Origin: Heteronotia binoei
Taxonomy: Eukaryota
Direction: 5' to 3'
Assembly: GCF_032191835.1 (NCBI RefSeq)
Contig: NC_083239.1
Span: 40,052,001-40,116,000 of the forward strand
DNA length: 64,000 nt
Part shown: positions 34,595 to 46,481 of the stretch, in pieces
How the letters are laid out: each line of letters opens with the position of its first letter
Numbering within the stretch: the stretch's first letter is position 1
Notes under the pieces: model-generated
Databases searched by the model: none
Seen by the model: the letters and a program-made list of their open reading frames with translations, nothing else
Told to the model about the DNA's origin: nothing
Program-made: the position numbers and the translations under genes

Positions 34595-35461
34595 ACACCT
34601 GAGGATGGGGCTCGGTTATGTTATTGCAGCCTGCTTCTTTGTGCATGCAACAAAATCCTTTATATAATAAAAGCATAGCGCTATTGGCAAAATGAAGCTC
34701 TCCCATTGGTTGAAACCTGATCAGAAACCATTGGCCCATCACACGTCACTCTGCATTCTTCTTGGCTCACTTCTCTCCCCCCCCCACCCACTGGAGAACG
34801 GCAGAGCCACATATTTGCTAGCAACAAGACATTTTCTTGGTATCGAAGGAAAAGAAATAGGCATAGCTGTTCCAGGATCAATTTTTATTGAGGATTACTT
34901 CTCGCCCTTGATAAAGATTTCATTTTGTTTGTCAAAACTGCTGCTGAGCAATGGAAAATGCGTGCAAACACGTTTGGGCAGTGGAGACTTTGGAGAATAT
35001 CATTCAAGCCCTTTTCAGTCTGTTGGGGTCTGGTGAAATTGATGGATCTTTAAACATACTTTTGCACACCTGAGAACCCCCTTTGGAAGACTTTGCAAGC
35101 TCTTTGTATAGGTTTGGAGAGAGTGCCTTGTTATAGATCACATTGTATATGTTTCCTATAGTTTTGTGAATGAATGGCATGCACCTTTAAGTAAACTACT
35201 ATACTTATACTCTTATTTGTTCTCAATGAGATGCTTTTTTGCTTTCTGTACCTCGATGAACTAAACACGGCGAAAGAAACAAAAATGCAGAAACCCCAGT
35301 GCTGTGATCATCCAGCATTCATAGTCTTGTGCCCCTTCCTGCTTACACCAGAAGATTACATAAGTGGTCAGCGAGCAAAGAAAGAAACAGCTACATTAGT
35401 TTGATTGGAGTTGTATTCAGAAAGGATTATTTGCCCCAGATCTTCCATCCCAAGAATCTTT

Positions 35462-36583
35462 TTAAACGTCAGACTCAAAGGCTTTGATGAGAACATTGTG
35501 AGCATCGTCTGCTACTTCATTGAGGGAACTCTGGAGCATGTGGTAGGTGGTTCCAAAGGAGATCCCCCCAGCAGCCAGAGAACCAAATATGGGCACTATG
35601 CTAGCATAATACTTAGCCATCATCAATGCCCTGTCTCCAGCCTTGCTCAGCATCTTCAACACCACATCCTTGGAGATCTCCCTGGCCAAGGGGGACTTAA
35701 TCACCCCTTTGATCTCCTCCACAGGCTTGCCCACCTTCTCTGCCAACTTCTCCAGGGTGTAGTCATCCAGGCCAAAGCTCTTGTGGTACTCCGAGAGGGT
35801 CTTGATCAGGATAGTCACGTCGCAGGCCATGGAGAATCCTGGGATGGGCACTGCTGCCACAAAACATGAGACAGTAGCAAGCTTCCAGATCTGCTTCTTT
35901 AAGGCCTCCTTCTTTTTGTGTAAGATTTCTAGAGAGACGTTGGGCAGGGCAAGGAGGAAGGCGTGTCTCTTGTGGCTCGGAAGCTCTTTCTCCAAGGTTT
36001 CCCGCAGCAGCACAAAGTCATACTTGCTCAGCTCCCAGTTGCAAAGGAGAAAGATACACGGTGATACCACTTTTTCAGCCTCCAGGCACGCTTTGCAGTT
36101 CTCACGGATCTGTCGCAGGATGTCCTCCTCATTGTAGGCATGTGGTCGACGCTTTTTGGTGGCCTCCAGGTCCGCGTCTACTTTGGAACGTACAAAATAG
36201 AAGCGTTTGCCCTGCTTCTCAATCTCTTTGGCCAGATGGGCATGGTTGGCTTTGAAGCGTTCTGAGGCGATGAGAATAAAGAAGTCATAGCGGGAGAAGT
36301 TCACCTGTTCCAGGTAAGTGTCAGACTGGAAGTTGGGTGTACCGATTCCTGGCAAGTCCCAAACCGTCACTTTGGGATGCTTGGGGTGCAGGTAGGGAGT
36401 TGGCTTTACAGTCGTCTTCACCACCCCGGTGGGGGCAGATCCATCGTCTTCATCTCCTAGGCCTCGGATGGCGTTAACAAAAGAGGACTTCCCGGAGCCA
36501 GACTCTCCTATTACTGCGATATCAAGACAAGCGTTTTCCAAGGCCTGCAAGTTTTCCATGATCTTGGAGGCAGCATCTGCCAT
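35462..36583 (-). CDS. IRGC: IRGC-like immunity-related GTPase, paralog A (373 aa from the first in-frame ATG; frame open back to the acceptor at 36690/36689)
   Basis: GESGSGKS, DLPG and SKVD motifs; IRGC-type C-terminus (GGISFG..Y.ML...LNEVADDA); single coding exon; tail-to-tail with SMG9 as in human. Confidence 0.88.
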   Translation of the reverse strand: MADAASKIMENLQALENACLDIAVIGESGSGKSSFVNAIRGLGDEDDGSAPTGVVKTTVKPTPYLHPKHPKVTVWDLPGIGTPNFQSDTYLEQVNFSRYDFFILIASERFKANHAHLAKEIEKQGKRFYFVRSKVDADLEATKKRRPHAYNEEDILRQIRENCKACLEAEKVVSPCIFLLCNWELSKYDFVLLRETLEKELPSHKRHAFLLALPNVSLEILHKKKEALKKQIWKLATVSCFVAAVPIPGFSMACDVTILIKTLSEYHKSFGLDDYTLEKLAEKVGKPVEEIKGVIKSPLAREISKDVVLKMLSKAGDRALMMAKYYASIVPIFGSLAAGGISFGTTYHMLQSSLNEVADDAHNVLIKAFESDV

Positions 36584-36878
36584 TCTCCCTCCTTCAAGAG
36601 CATCTTTAATCTCTTCAATGTTCTCAATGTCACATTCTCCTGTGAGCTCAGCCACTGGGGGCTGAACCGTCCCCGGGTCAAGTCGACGCCTGAGAGGAAA
36701 GGGGGAAAGAAAAATACAATGTTTATCATGAAACCTTTAAAAGAAACAAGTCTTTGTAACTTGTTTGAAACAAGTAATTTTTCTCCTGGCCAGATTGGTA
36801 AGGGATCCTGGAGGTTTTTGCCATCTTCTGGGCATGGAGTAGGGATCACTGTGCATGTATGTGTGGGTGGGAGGTATT

Positions 36879-37060
36879 CAGGGCTTTTTTTGCAGCAGGA
36901 ACTCCTTTGCATCTTAGGCCACACACCTCTGATGTAGCCTATCCTCCAAGAGCTTACAGGGCTCTTCTAACAGGGCCTACTGTAAGCTCTTGGTGGATTG
37001 GCTACATCAGGGTGTGTGGCCTAATATGCAAAGGAGTTCTTTCTACAAAAAAAAGCCCTG
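36879..37060. mobile_element. hAT MITE with an 8-bp TSD
   Basis: GAGGTATT at 36871-36878 and 37061-37068; CAGGGC...GCCCTG TIRs. Confidence 0.9.
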
Positions 37061-38219
37061 GAGGTATTTGTGAATTCCCTGCATTGTGCAAGGGGTTGGA
37101 CTAGATGCCCCTGGACATCCTTTCCAACTCTTATGATTAAGGAAGCCATGGCCATCATTTTGCAAGACCCAAGCAAGGCTGTTATTTAAGATGTTTTAGA
37201 GGCAGTGGTCATTTTGTAGAAAAATAGGTGGTGGAGCTCATCCAGGAATGGTTATGCAGCTGCACATACTATTCAATTGATAAGGAAGTGGAACTCTCAA
37301 AAGGAGGAGGTGGAACTCTCAGAAAGGTTCAGGAGCTGTGCTGCTGTGAGCTCCCACTGAATCTGAGGCCTGTTTAGAGGTAATCAATTCATAGAGTCGC
37401 CATAAGTTGGAAGTGACCTGTCAGTATTTAACACACATAAGTAATGAATGCACAGAAGAGTCTCGTAATAAATTAGTATCGAAACTCTCCACAGTTGCCT
37501 TTTTGGATCAGTGGCAGAACATCTGCTTGGCATGCAGAAGGTCCCAGGTTCAATCTCCGGTATCTCCACTTAACAGATGGGCAGTAGGGGATGAGAAAGA
37601 CCTGGGGAGCTGCTGCCAGTCTGAGTAGACAATACTGACTTTGATGGGCCAAAGGTCTGATTCAGTATAATGCAGTTTCATATTTCCATATGGATGAAAT
37701 TGCCTTATAAGCTGCCCTTGGTCTATCAAGGTCAGTACTGTACTCAGACTCGCAGCAGCTCTCCAGGGTGTCACGTAAATGACTTTCACGTCACCTTCTG
37801 CCTGGTCCTTTAAACTGAAGATGCCAGAGATTGAACCTGGAACTTTCTGTACGCCAAGCAGATGTTCTGCCACTGAGTCACAGCCCCTCCACAAAATAAT
37901 AACGCACATGACTCACACTTGGATTACCGCCAGCTGTTCACCTCTGTCAACTTTCTTTTCTGTAAAATACTTCTAAGAAGCCCTTGAGTCAGGGAAAGAG
38001 CCGCTTATCTTGGATGAGACTCAGAGCGGCTTACAATCTCCGACCTATATCTTCTCCCCCCACAACAGACACCCTGTGAGGTGGGTTTGGGCTGAGAGGA
38101 CTCTCACAGCAGCTGCCCTTTCAAGGACCTCTGCCAGAGCTATGGCTGACTCAAGGCCATTCCAGCAGCTGCAAGTGGAGGAGTGAGGGAACAAACCCGG
38201 TTCTCCCAGATAAGAGTCC

Positions 38220-38673
38220 TGTCAAGCTCTGTTCATTCTTTAATGCCTTAATGAAATGCTTTAATGAAATGTAATCATGTTATTAACCAGGTGCACAGCT
38301 ATGGCACATCAGAATACTAGCGTGGTGGTCAGCCCCCTCCTTTCCTACTAACAAATGTTAAAACGTATGCTTTGAAGTAGAAATTCCCTAGGCATGCAAG
38401 GTCGGCGCCCAAGGTAGTTAGCCACAAACGGAAAGAGATAAGAGAGGCTGTGTGAATTCTCACACTCCATTGTGGGACTGTTTTGAGAATGTAGATTTGT
38501 TGATAGATCCTTTGATGTGCTACTTTCAAATATGCTCTTCTGTTTCAATTGTGTATCAGTTCCAATCCTTCTCATGCTTGAGTAACTTGGATTTACCAAT
38601 AAACTGCATTTCATTGGTTTCATTGAACCAAAGGCTGGTTATTTTGGGATCTAATGAACTTTATCGCTTGACA
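38220..38673 (+). mobile_element. Solo LTR nested in a SINE
   Basis: TGTCAAGC...GCTTGACA termini; 5-bp TSD AGTCC at 38215-38219 and 38674-38678; internal AATAAA. Confidence 0.85.
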
Positions 38674-39890
38674 AGTCCGCACACTTAACCACTACGCCAA
38701 CTGGCTCTCCCTGGAGTGAGGTGCAGGAGAAGGGGAACAAGAAGATACAGAACGTTTTTCCTTTCTGCAAGTGTGGCGTAGTGGTTTGCATCTTCACTTG
38801 CCCTGAAATGTACTGGTTGCTCTTGTGCCAGTTTCTCCCTCTCTCAGCATAACCTACCTCACAGGGCTGTTGTGAGCATGATGGAAGTACGGAGAACTTT
38901 GTGCACCACCTCAAGCTGCTTGGAGGAAGAGGATGAAAAAAATATATACCAAATAAACAAAATTCTGTTTGATAGAAAATAACATTTCTTCACACAAGGT
39001 GTTTCCTAGCACCACAAATTAAGGATAAATGGACCAGAAAAAAATGGCAAGATATCCATAGATATGAGTAAAGTGTTGTCCATCTCTGCAGGGGGTTGGA
39101 AACTTTGGAAAGGGGTGAGGATTGTCTGGGAGACAAAACTAACTCAGACACATAATATTCAACCAGTTTCACAGAATTATTTATCTCATTCTTAATCCAA
39201 ACAGCTCAAAGTGCATTTATTGCAATTGAAAATGAAACAGAACACTGCAAACCACCTGTCCCAACGAAGGGTAACTTATTATGCCTCATTTCCTTGAACA
39301 TTCCAAAATGTCACTGAGGATCTTGGTAACCAGCACATGAATTTAAACTGGTTCATTAGCTGACCCACTGCTTCGAAAACACAAGATTAAACTGGTTGCA
39401 AAAAGAAAAGGAGAGCACTGCAACAAGGCCCATTTGGCAGAGGTGAGAAGGTGCCTTCGCTGGTGCAAAAATCTAAAAAGGACAAAAGCTTTGCATTCAG
39501 TCACTGCAAAAATTGCCAAGGGGGATTTTTCGTTCATGCCAACGCTACTGAGCACACACCACCGGTCTGATGTTCTGGAACAGGGGTGGCCAAACTTGTT
39601 TAATGTAAGAACCACAAAGAATAAATGCCAGATGTTTGAGGGAAGGCAGGCAGCCAGGCAAATAGATGAGAGGAGTGGAGGTTTAAAGAAAGCAACTTTA
39701 AATGCAGATCCCGCGACAGACCCTACACTCCGCAGAATCTCTGCTCTACAAAGCCCCCTTGTGACTTTTGGTGGGGAGGGGAAGAGAAAGTTGGGGAACA
39801 TTTTTGCCAAGCCGCCCGAATAGGGCTGCCCCCGATTTCTTGCAAAACTCTTCCTTTACCTTTTCCGCCCACTTGGTGCCATCTATGCAC

Positions 39891-40690
39891 CTGATCCCCA
39901 AGGAGCAGCACCAGACGTCCGCAACAAGAAAGAGGTGACGTGGAGTCTGGAGGAGTCTCAAGAGAGATCGAAGTTGCTATGGGACGTGCAGGTTTCGTTT
40001 CCTGCTTCTATTCAAACCCGGACTTGTTGCCAGGGGCGGGATGTATTAAAAACGAATGACAAAATTGTCCATAGAAAACAATGGGAGAAGCTGGATTGTC
40101 CGTAGGATATAATGGGAGAGAAGATTGTCAGTATGGGCTCCAGGGGCTACTACAATCACACACAGTAAATAATGCACTTTCAATGCACTTTCCAAATGGG
40201 TTTCGCCTGTTCACCTAGTAAAATCCAGTTGGAAAGTGGATTGAACGTACATTATTAGGGCGTCTGCCTGTGATCGCAGCCAGAGTGTATGTGCGCATGG
40301 GAGTTAAGGACTTTTGCCTGCTCTCCCCCCCCCCCGCCCCCTTAAGGCGGGCGTGGAAAGGCACGTGTTTTATCTACGTGCAAACAAACCCCATTTGTTT
40401 CCAGGGCGGACTTCGAACCGGAATCGGAGAGCGGAGCAAAGACTACTGCAGACGCTCAGAGCAATTGGAAAGAAAGGGAGGGGAAAGGGAAAACCCGGGG
40501 GGGAAATCCGCTGCTGTTCAACTTCGCCCTGCAGGTAGCTAGATAAGGATGTCCGCCGAAGAGAGACCAGGCGCAGGCAGATCCCGGCTAGATCACGTGG
40601 AATATAAGAAAGTGAAACTTGAAATGCTTTTTTTTTTGTGCGATTTCTCATCAAAAGAGAGAAAATGGCCGAAGGACCAGCTCAGATCTC
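39891..40690. promoter_or_regulatory. Bidirectional promoter P1 with the first exons of IRG paralog A (minus) and the unknown gene (plus)
   Basis: ISREs AGAAAGTGAAACT at 40607-40619 and GGTTTCGTTTCC at 39991-40002; RFX-like GTTGCTATGGGAC at 39973-39985; CACGTG; donors CAG|GTGCAT (minus, 39891) and CTC|GTAAGT (plus, 40690). Confidence 0.7.
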
Positions 40691-43388
40691 GTAAGTACCA
40701 AAGCGCGGCAGAAGGAAAGAGTCGATCTAGGGTTATTATTATTATTTAATGGTGAGAATTGTTAATATTCCACCGCCCGACCCAAAGCACTTTGCAGGAT
40801 CCCTGCAAATATTACAGCTGCAATTCCCCACCCCCGTTTGTAACTTTGAAAGGGGATCTTGCACTGGAGATGTGGTTCGCTTGGAATGCTTTCTCCCTGT
40901 ACAGAATCGCGCAGAACTGGCGCAGGCGCAGCATCCTTCAGTGTTGGGTCTACCCCACGCTGTTCTTTCGGCAGGTTTTCACTTATCCGGAAAGATTTTC
41001 ATTGAAAGAATATGCCATTTAGAGTTAATTTTGGAAAAGTTTAACGCAGGTAGGTAGTACTCTGTGTCTGTTTGGAAAGAGCTATGGATAGGATTGCCAG
41101 CTGGGAAAGACCTGGAAATGTGGGGGTTGGGAAATACCTGGAGATTTTGGGGGTGGAGCCTGAGGAGGGCGTGGTTTGGGGAGGTGGAAGGACTTTAATG
41201 GCTTATATATGGTGCCATAGAGTCCCACCTTCCAAACCGACATTTTCTCCAGAAGATATTGGATACTGGATTTATATCCCGCCCTATACTCTGAATCTCA
41301 GAGTCACAGAGGGGGTCACAATCTCCTCTACCTCCCCCCCCCTCCCACAACAGACACCCTGTGAGGTGGGTGAGGCTGAGAGAGCTTTCAGAAGCTGCTC
41401 TTTCAAGGACAACTCTTGAGAGAGCTATGGCTGACCCAAGGCCATTCCAGCAGCTGCAACTGGAGAAGTGGGGAATCAAACTCGGCTCTCCCAGAAAAGA
41501 GTCCGCGCACTTTACCACTACACCAAACTGGCTCTCTCCAAGCACACTGATCTCACCTCTCTCTCACCTGGAGAAAAGTGGTAATCCCAGGAGATCTCCA
41601 GCCACCACCTAGAGATTGGTAGCCCTGACTGTGATCCTTTTTGCCATTCGGTTCATTGGGCTCACGGTTTGCTACTCTTGGCTACTCTTGGCAAACTGGC
41701 CAAGGTACCATACAGAGAAAAGGATTTCCTGACACTTGTTACTCCGAGCATTAAGGGGATGTATGCAGTTCTGGAGCACAATTTGGGAAGGTAACGATGG
41801 AATAGGAGCAAGTAATTGAGCCAACACACCAGGCTGCCTTATACTGAATCACACTGCCGATTCAGCATAGTCAATCTTGTCTTCTCAGAACGGCAGCTGC
41901 TCTTCCGGGTCTCAGGAAAAGGTATTCTGCACCCCCAATTACCTGATCCTTTTATCTTGAGATGCCAGGGATTGAACCTGGGACCTTCTGGCGTGCACAG
42001 CAGATGCTTTACCACTGAGCCATGGCTCCACCCCCCTTATAGTGTTCTTTTGGGTATGTCAGGTGAGCAAGGAAGGTTCTCCTTCTCCAAATACTCAGGT
42101 TCTGTTGTTAGTCCCTCGGCAGTTGCATGCTAGAGAAAAAGATGGCGACCTTTCAACATTTCCTGTCACAACATTTTGTATTTACTCTAAACTTAAGCAT
42201 CCCAGGGCAAGGAGAAGTAGCTTGCAGCTTTAAAAAAAAATCAAAGTACAGAATGATGTCTTTGAATTATTACCTCCCCATTCTTTTGGGGGGGGGGGAG
42301 GAGGTTGCACTAATCTCTGCCAGTTCCCCCCTCAGGGCTTCGGAGAGTCCTCCTAAAAGGGATTGGAATGCAGTACTGATGAGTACTACCACAAAAAAAG
42401 CCCTGTTAGCTTCCAAAATTAATGTCAAATCTCCCTCTCTTCCTTCCTTTCTTCCTCCCTCCCTCCTGTTTTTAGGAACATGGCTGACCTCTTCAGAAAC
42501 GGCATCCAGTGGGCCCTCAGTGGATTCCTCCGATCCTTTCTAACACAAGTTAAGAGAATCCTGATGGTGTCCACCACAATGATTGTGGCTTCTGTTCTCT
42601 TGTCTGCCTTCTGGCTCACTCTGGAGAAGGCGGATTATTCTCTCTCAGCCTCTGGGCATGAGATGGCTGTGAACAACAAGCATAAGTGGGCCCCGCATGG
42701 GATTGTCAGCATCCTAAGGGACTTCCTGCAGTATGCATCCATCCTGTTGTCCTCCTATGAACCGCTGAGCCTTGGGAACCTCCTGAGGCACCGCGATCGG
42801 CTGAGCGGGGTGAACTATATGCTCCAGGCTTGTTTCAACGAAGCCATCGACGGCTTTAATCAGGAGCCTGTCTTGGTGCAACAGAATTCCAAAATGGTCA
42901 TCCAGTGTGACGGACAAACCGTGCAGTTCCTCGCCGGCAGCGGGGACTGCGAGATTTCAGTGTATCTCTTGCACAACGCCATCCATTTCGACGTCCGGGA
43001 GCGGACTGCCGACATGTACCTCGCTCGGCTGTCCAGACGCCAGGAGCCATTGAGTGTTCGCGATCTCCTGAGGGTGAAAAGTGAGTTACAGTCCTGGGGG
43101 GTGCTTTCGGAAGAACTGCGGGGCTGCCTGGAGTTCACGGTGCAGGAATACGCCAAGGAGCCTTTGTGCGTCCAAGACAACGCCAACCTGGTTGTAGACT
43201 GTGGGGGCCAAGTGGTGAGGTTTGCTTCCGGGCGTGAGAACAACCACATCAATGTCTTTGATGTACGGGATGGCACCATTCACTACCGCGTCAAGATCTC
43301 AAGTCTTTGGGCCAGCACCGTGCGGTTCTTCAACGGGAACAGGGACCACGCCCAAACACGGGGGATGAAGCTGTTGCAGTTAGAATGA
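40665..43388 (+). CDS. Uncharacterised 312-aa protein with an N-terminal hydrophobic anchor and two tandem ~95-aa repeats; join 40665-40690, 42476-43388
   Basis: 302-codon ORF after a polypyrimidine-AG acceptor; upstream AAAATGG exon with a GTAAGT donor joins in frame (MAEGPAQIS-NMADLF); internal repeat conserved at protein level; AATAAA at 43666. Confidence 0.85.
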
Positions 43389-45805
43389 GCCAACGTTCAC
43401 TCCTGCGTAACTTGAAATGTGTAGATATGGTGTAGTTCTTCCAGGATGACGCCACATTGGGTGCTGCGTTTGAATCTCCCATGTTTAAAAACTCCCCTAA
43501 ATGTTTTTATTCATGAAAAACTCTCTTCGGACTGCATGTGACTGTCAGTTCCATTTTGGAATTATCTTCCACTGAGGGGGGGACCCCCAGATCTTCTTGC
43601 TTGTAGAAAACGAGTACATCAAAGAGAAGGCTAGGCTTTCAACCATAAAACAGAAATTGCAAAATAATAAAGCCTTTTCCCTAGCTTTCCACAGGCAGGG
43701 GGACATTTTATACATGGGTGTGTGTTTAAATAATGGTGCAGGAAGACCACCAAGGAAGTCCAGAGTTTCAATGCAGAAGCAGGCAATGGTAAACCAGCTC
43801 TGAATGTCTCTTGCGGAATATATATATATGAGACTTGTCACCTTCCACCTGCAATTCAAAGTGGTTAAACCCAGGAAAGGAACTGGCCCCATTTCTGTAT
43901 GGTTGGGGAAACATCCTTGGGGAAACATACTTAGGTGGGACTTTGCTGTGGCCTAACTTCAGTGGTTTATTTGTTATTTAACGGTATAAATTTTGCCAAT
44001 TTTCAACCAGACATGTCCACAAAGAGGCTTATGGTGAAGAGAAATGTGGACTAATAAATGGTAAAGCTAACTGTGAACAGTAGACCATACCGTTGACATA
44101 GAAAGAACTGCCCCACCAATCAAATCCCAATCTTTTAATGCAGAAAATGCAAGAAAATGATTGTCTTTGCTCCCTCTAAGCTGCAGAGTCTTGTGAGCAA
44201 AAATTCTACTTTGTGAGCTACTGGCATTAAAGTTGTGAGCTCCTGCATAAATTATTGTGCTTTGGAATCATCCTTCCTGAGCTAAGACAAAAATGTGTGA
44301 GCTGGAGGCTAAAAATCTGTGAGCTAGCTCACATTAACTCAGCTTGGAGGGAATGTTGGTCTTGACTTGTCCCAGGAAAGCAGCCATGCTGGTCTACAGT
44401 AGAACTATAGTCCAGTCCAGTCGCTCCTTAAAGACCAACAGGATTTTGAGGGAATAAGCTTCCAAGAGACAAAGTTCCTTTTCTTAGATCTCATGGCATT
44501 TAAAAGCCAGCAAGGGTGTTGTTTAGGACACAACCAGAAATGATCCAGTGAAAGATGTGTTTTTCTGGGACATAAGAATAGCACGAAGCTGGCTGTGCAC
44601 TATGGGCTTCTCTATGTAAGCCACTGACCTTGTGATTAAAACTACTGAAGGCCAGTTTCTATGAAAAAGATCCCATGGGTTGCTGCAGTTTATCTATTCA
44701 CATTATTTATAGTTTGCCTTTCTCACAGGTTGGATTACACATAGCGGGTCAGTACAATCAACAAAACAGGGCATTTTGTAACCAGTGCATTAGGATTTTA
44801 GAAGTTGAGGACTACCAGAAAGAATTGAAGCACAGCATAAATATCCACAACACATTAAGCTAGGGTGTTGAACCCATTTGTTATGAGGGCTGGACCTGAC
44901 ATAAATGAGAGCTTGTCACGCTGGGCCATGTGTGTCATAAAATGTAATGCCAGGGGCTGATGGGAGTTGTAGACAAAAAACATCTGGAGAGCTACCGTTG
45001 GCCACCCCTGTCCTATTCCATTGTTGCCTCCCCAGATGGCATTCCAGAATTGCTGCTGTTTCCTGTAGCAACATGACTATTTGCTCTGTGTAATAAATAT
45101 TTTTTGTAGCTGGTTTTCTTGTCTTTATTTATTTTACTTCTGACATGACTTTTGGTCTTCACAAGGGAAAGGAGATGCGACTTTGAAAAAGAAGATGGAA
45201 ACATGACTGTATGCCTAGGATACACATCATCACATGACTTACATAAATGACTGACCTGTTCATTATTTTGTCGTATTAAGAAGCTTGGAACTAGATGCGT
45301 TATGTTGTAAAACTTGACTTGGAGCTTATGATTGCATTGAGTATATGCAAGCATTTGTGATAAGTTGAAGTCACGGTGTTTCCTTGTGATTCTGTATAAG
45401 GAAGCCTGGTGTGGCCGCCTCATTAATTTGGCTCAATGACTTGCTCCTATTCAATTGTTGTTTAGTCGCACAGTCGAGTCCGACTCTTTGCGACCCCACG
45501 GACCAAGTCACGCTAGGCCTTCCTGTCTTCTACCATCCTCCAAAATTCGCCCAGATTCATGTTACCTTCTCAGATTGTGTTCTGGAATCACGCAAGTCCC
45601 CTTAATGCTTGAAGCAACAAGTGGCAAGGAAATCCCTTTCTCTCTGTGATACCCTGACAGTGTTTGCCAGTAAGAGTAGCAAACAGTGAGTTCAAAGGAC
45701 TGAACAGCAAAAAGGATCACATCACTCTAAACAGATGCAGAGTATCTACAGCATAGAGTCCAGTAGCACCTTTAAGACCAACAATGTTTTATTCAAGGTA
45801 TAAGC

Positions 45806-46366
45806 CAGAGGTGGCCAAACTGGCTCAGGAGCCACACGGCTCTTTCATACATCTTGTGAAGAAGTAGACTGCGGATTTATACCCCACCTTTCTCTCTGAA
45901 TCAGAGACTCAGAGCGGCTTACAATCTCCTATATCTTCTCCCCCCACAACAGACACTCTGTGAGGTAGGTGGGGCTGAGAGGACTCTCACAGCAGCTGCC
46001 CTTTCAAGGACAACTCCTTGACCCAAGGCCATTCCAGCAGCTAAAAGTGGAGGAGTGGAGAATCAAACCCAGTTCTCCCAGATAAGAATCCCCGTACTTA
46101 ACCACGACACCAAACTGGCTCTCGTGTGGCTCTTGTCAGCTGGCTTGGAGAAAGCATTTCTCTCTTTAAATCACTTCTCCAAGCCAGCTGGTGGCTTGGA
46201 AAATGTATTTAAAGTTAAAGTAGCTTTCTTTTCACCTTTCCCTCCCTCCTCCCTCTATTTGCCTTCTTTGCAGCTCTCAAACGTCTGACATTCTTGTCTT
46301 GCGGCTCTCAAACATCTGACATTTATTCTTTGTGGCTCTTGTGTTAAGCAAGTTGGGCCACCCCTG
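45806..46366. mobile_element. hAT MITE with an 8-bp TSD, containing a SINE
   Basis: GTATAAGC at 45798-45805 and 46367-46374; SINE at about 45862-46120. Confidence 0.88.
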
Positions 46367-46481
46367 GTATAAGCTTTGGTATGATATAGTGTGTACACAT
46401 ACAAAAGCTTATACCGTGATCTGTGAATAAAACTTTTGTTGGTTTTAAATGTGCTACTGGACTCTTAACTTTGCTTCAGAC

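Noticed and set aside
34680-34745. Three ATTGG (CCAAT) boxes close together
   Set aside because: No associated exon, start site or CpG context found
35405-36665. Antisense ORFs over the IRG genes, SMG9 exons, L2 and CR1
   Set aside because: Shadow frames of real coding sequence
39930-39990. MHC-type SXY module (X-box plus TGACGT)
   Set aside because: Spacing does not fit X1-X2, there is no Y box, and the CRE-like site is absent from P2
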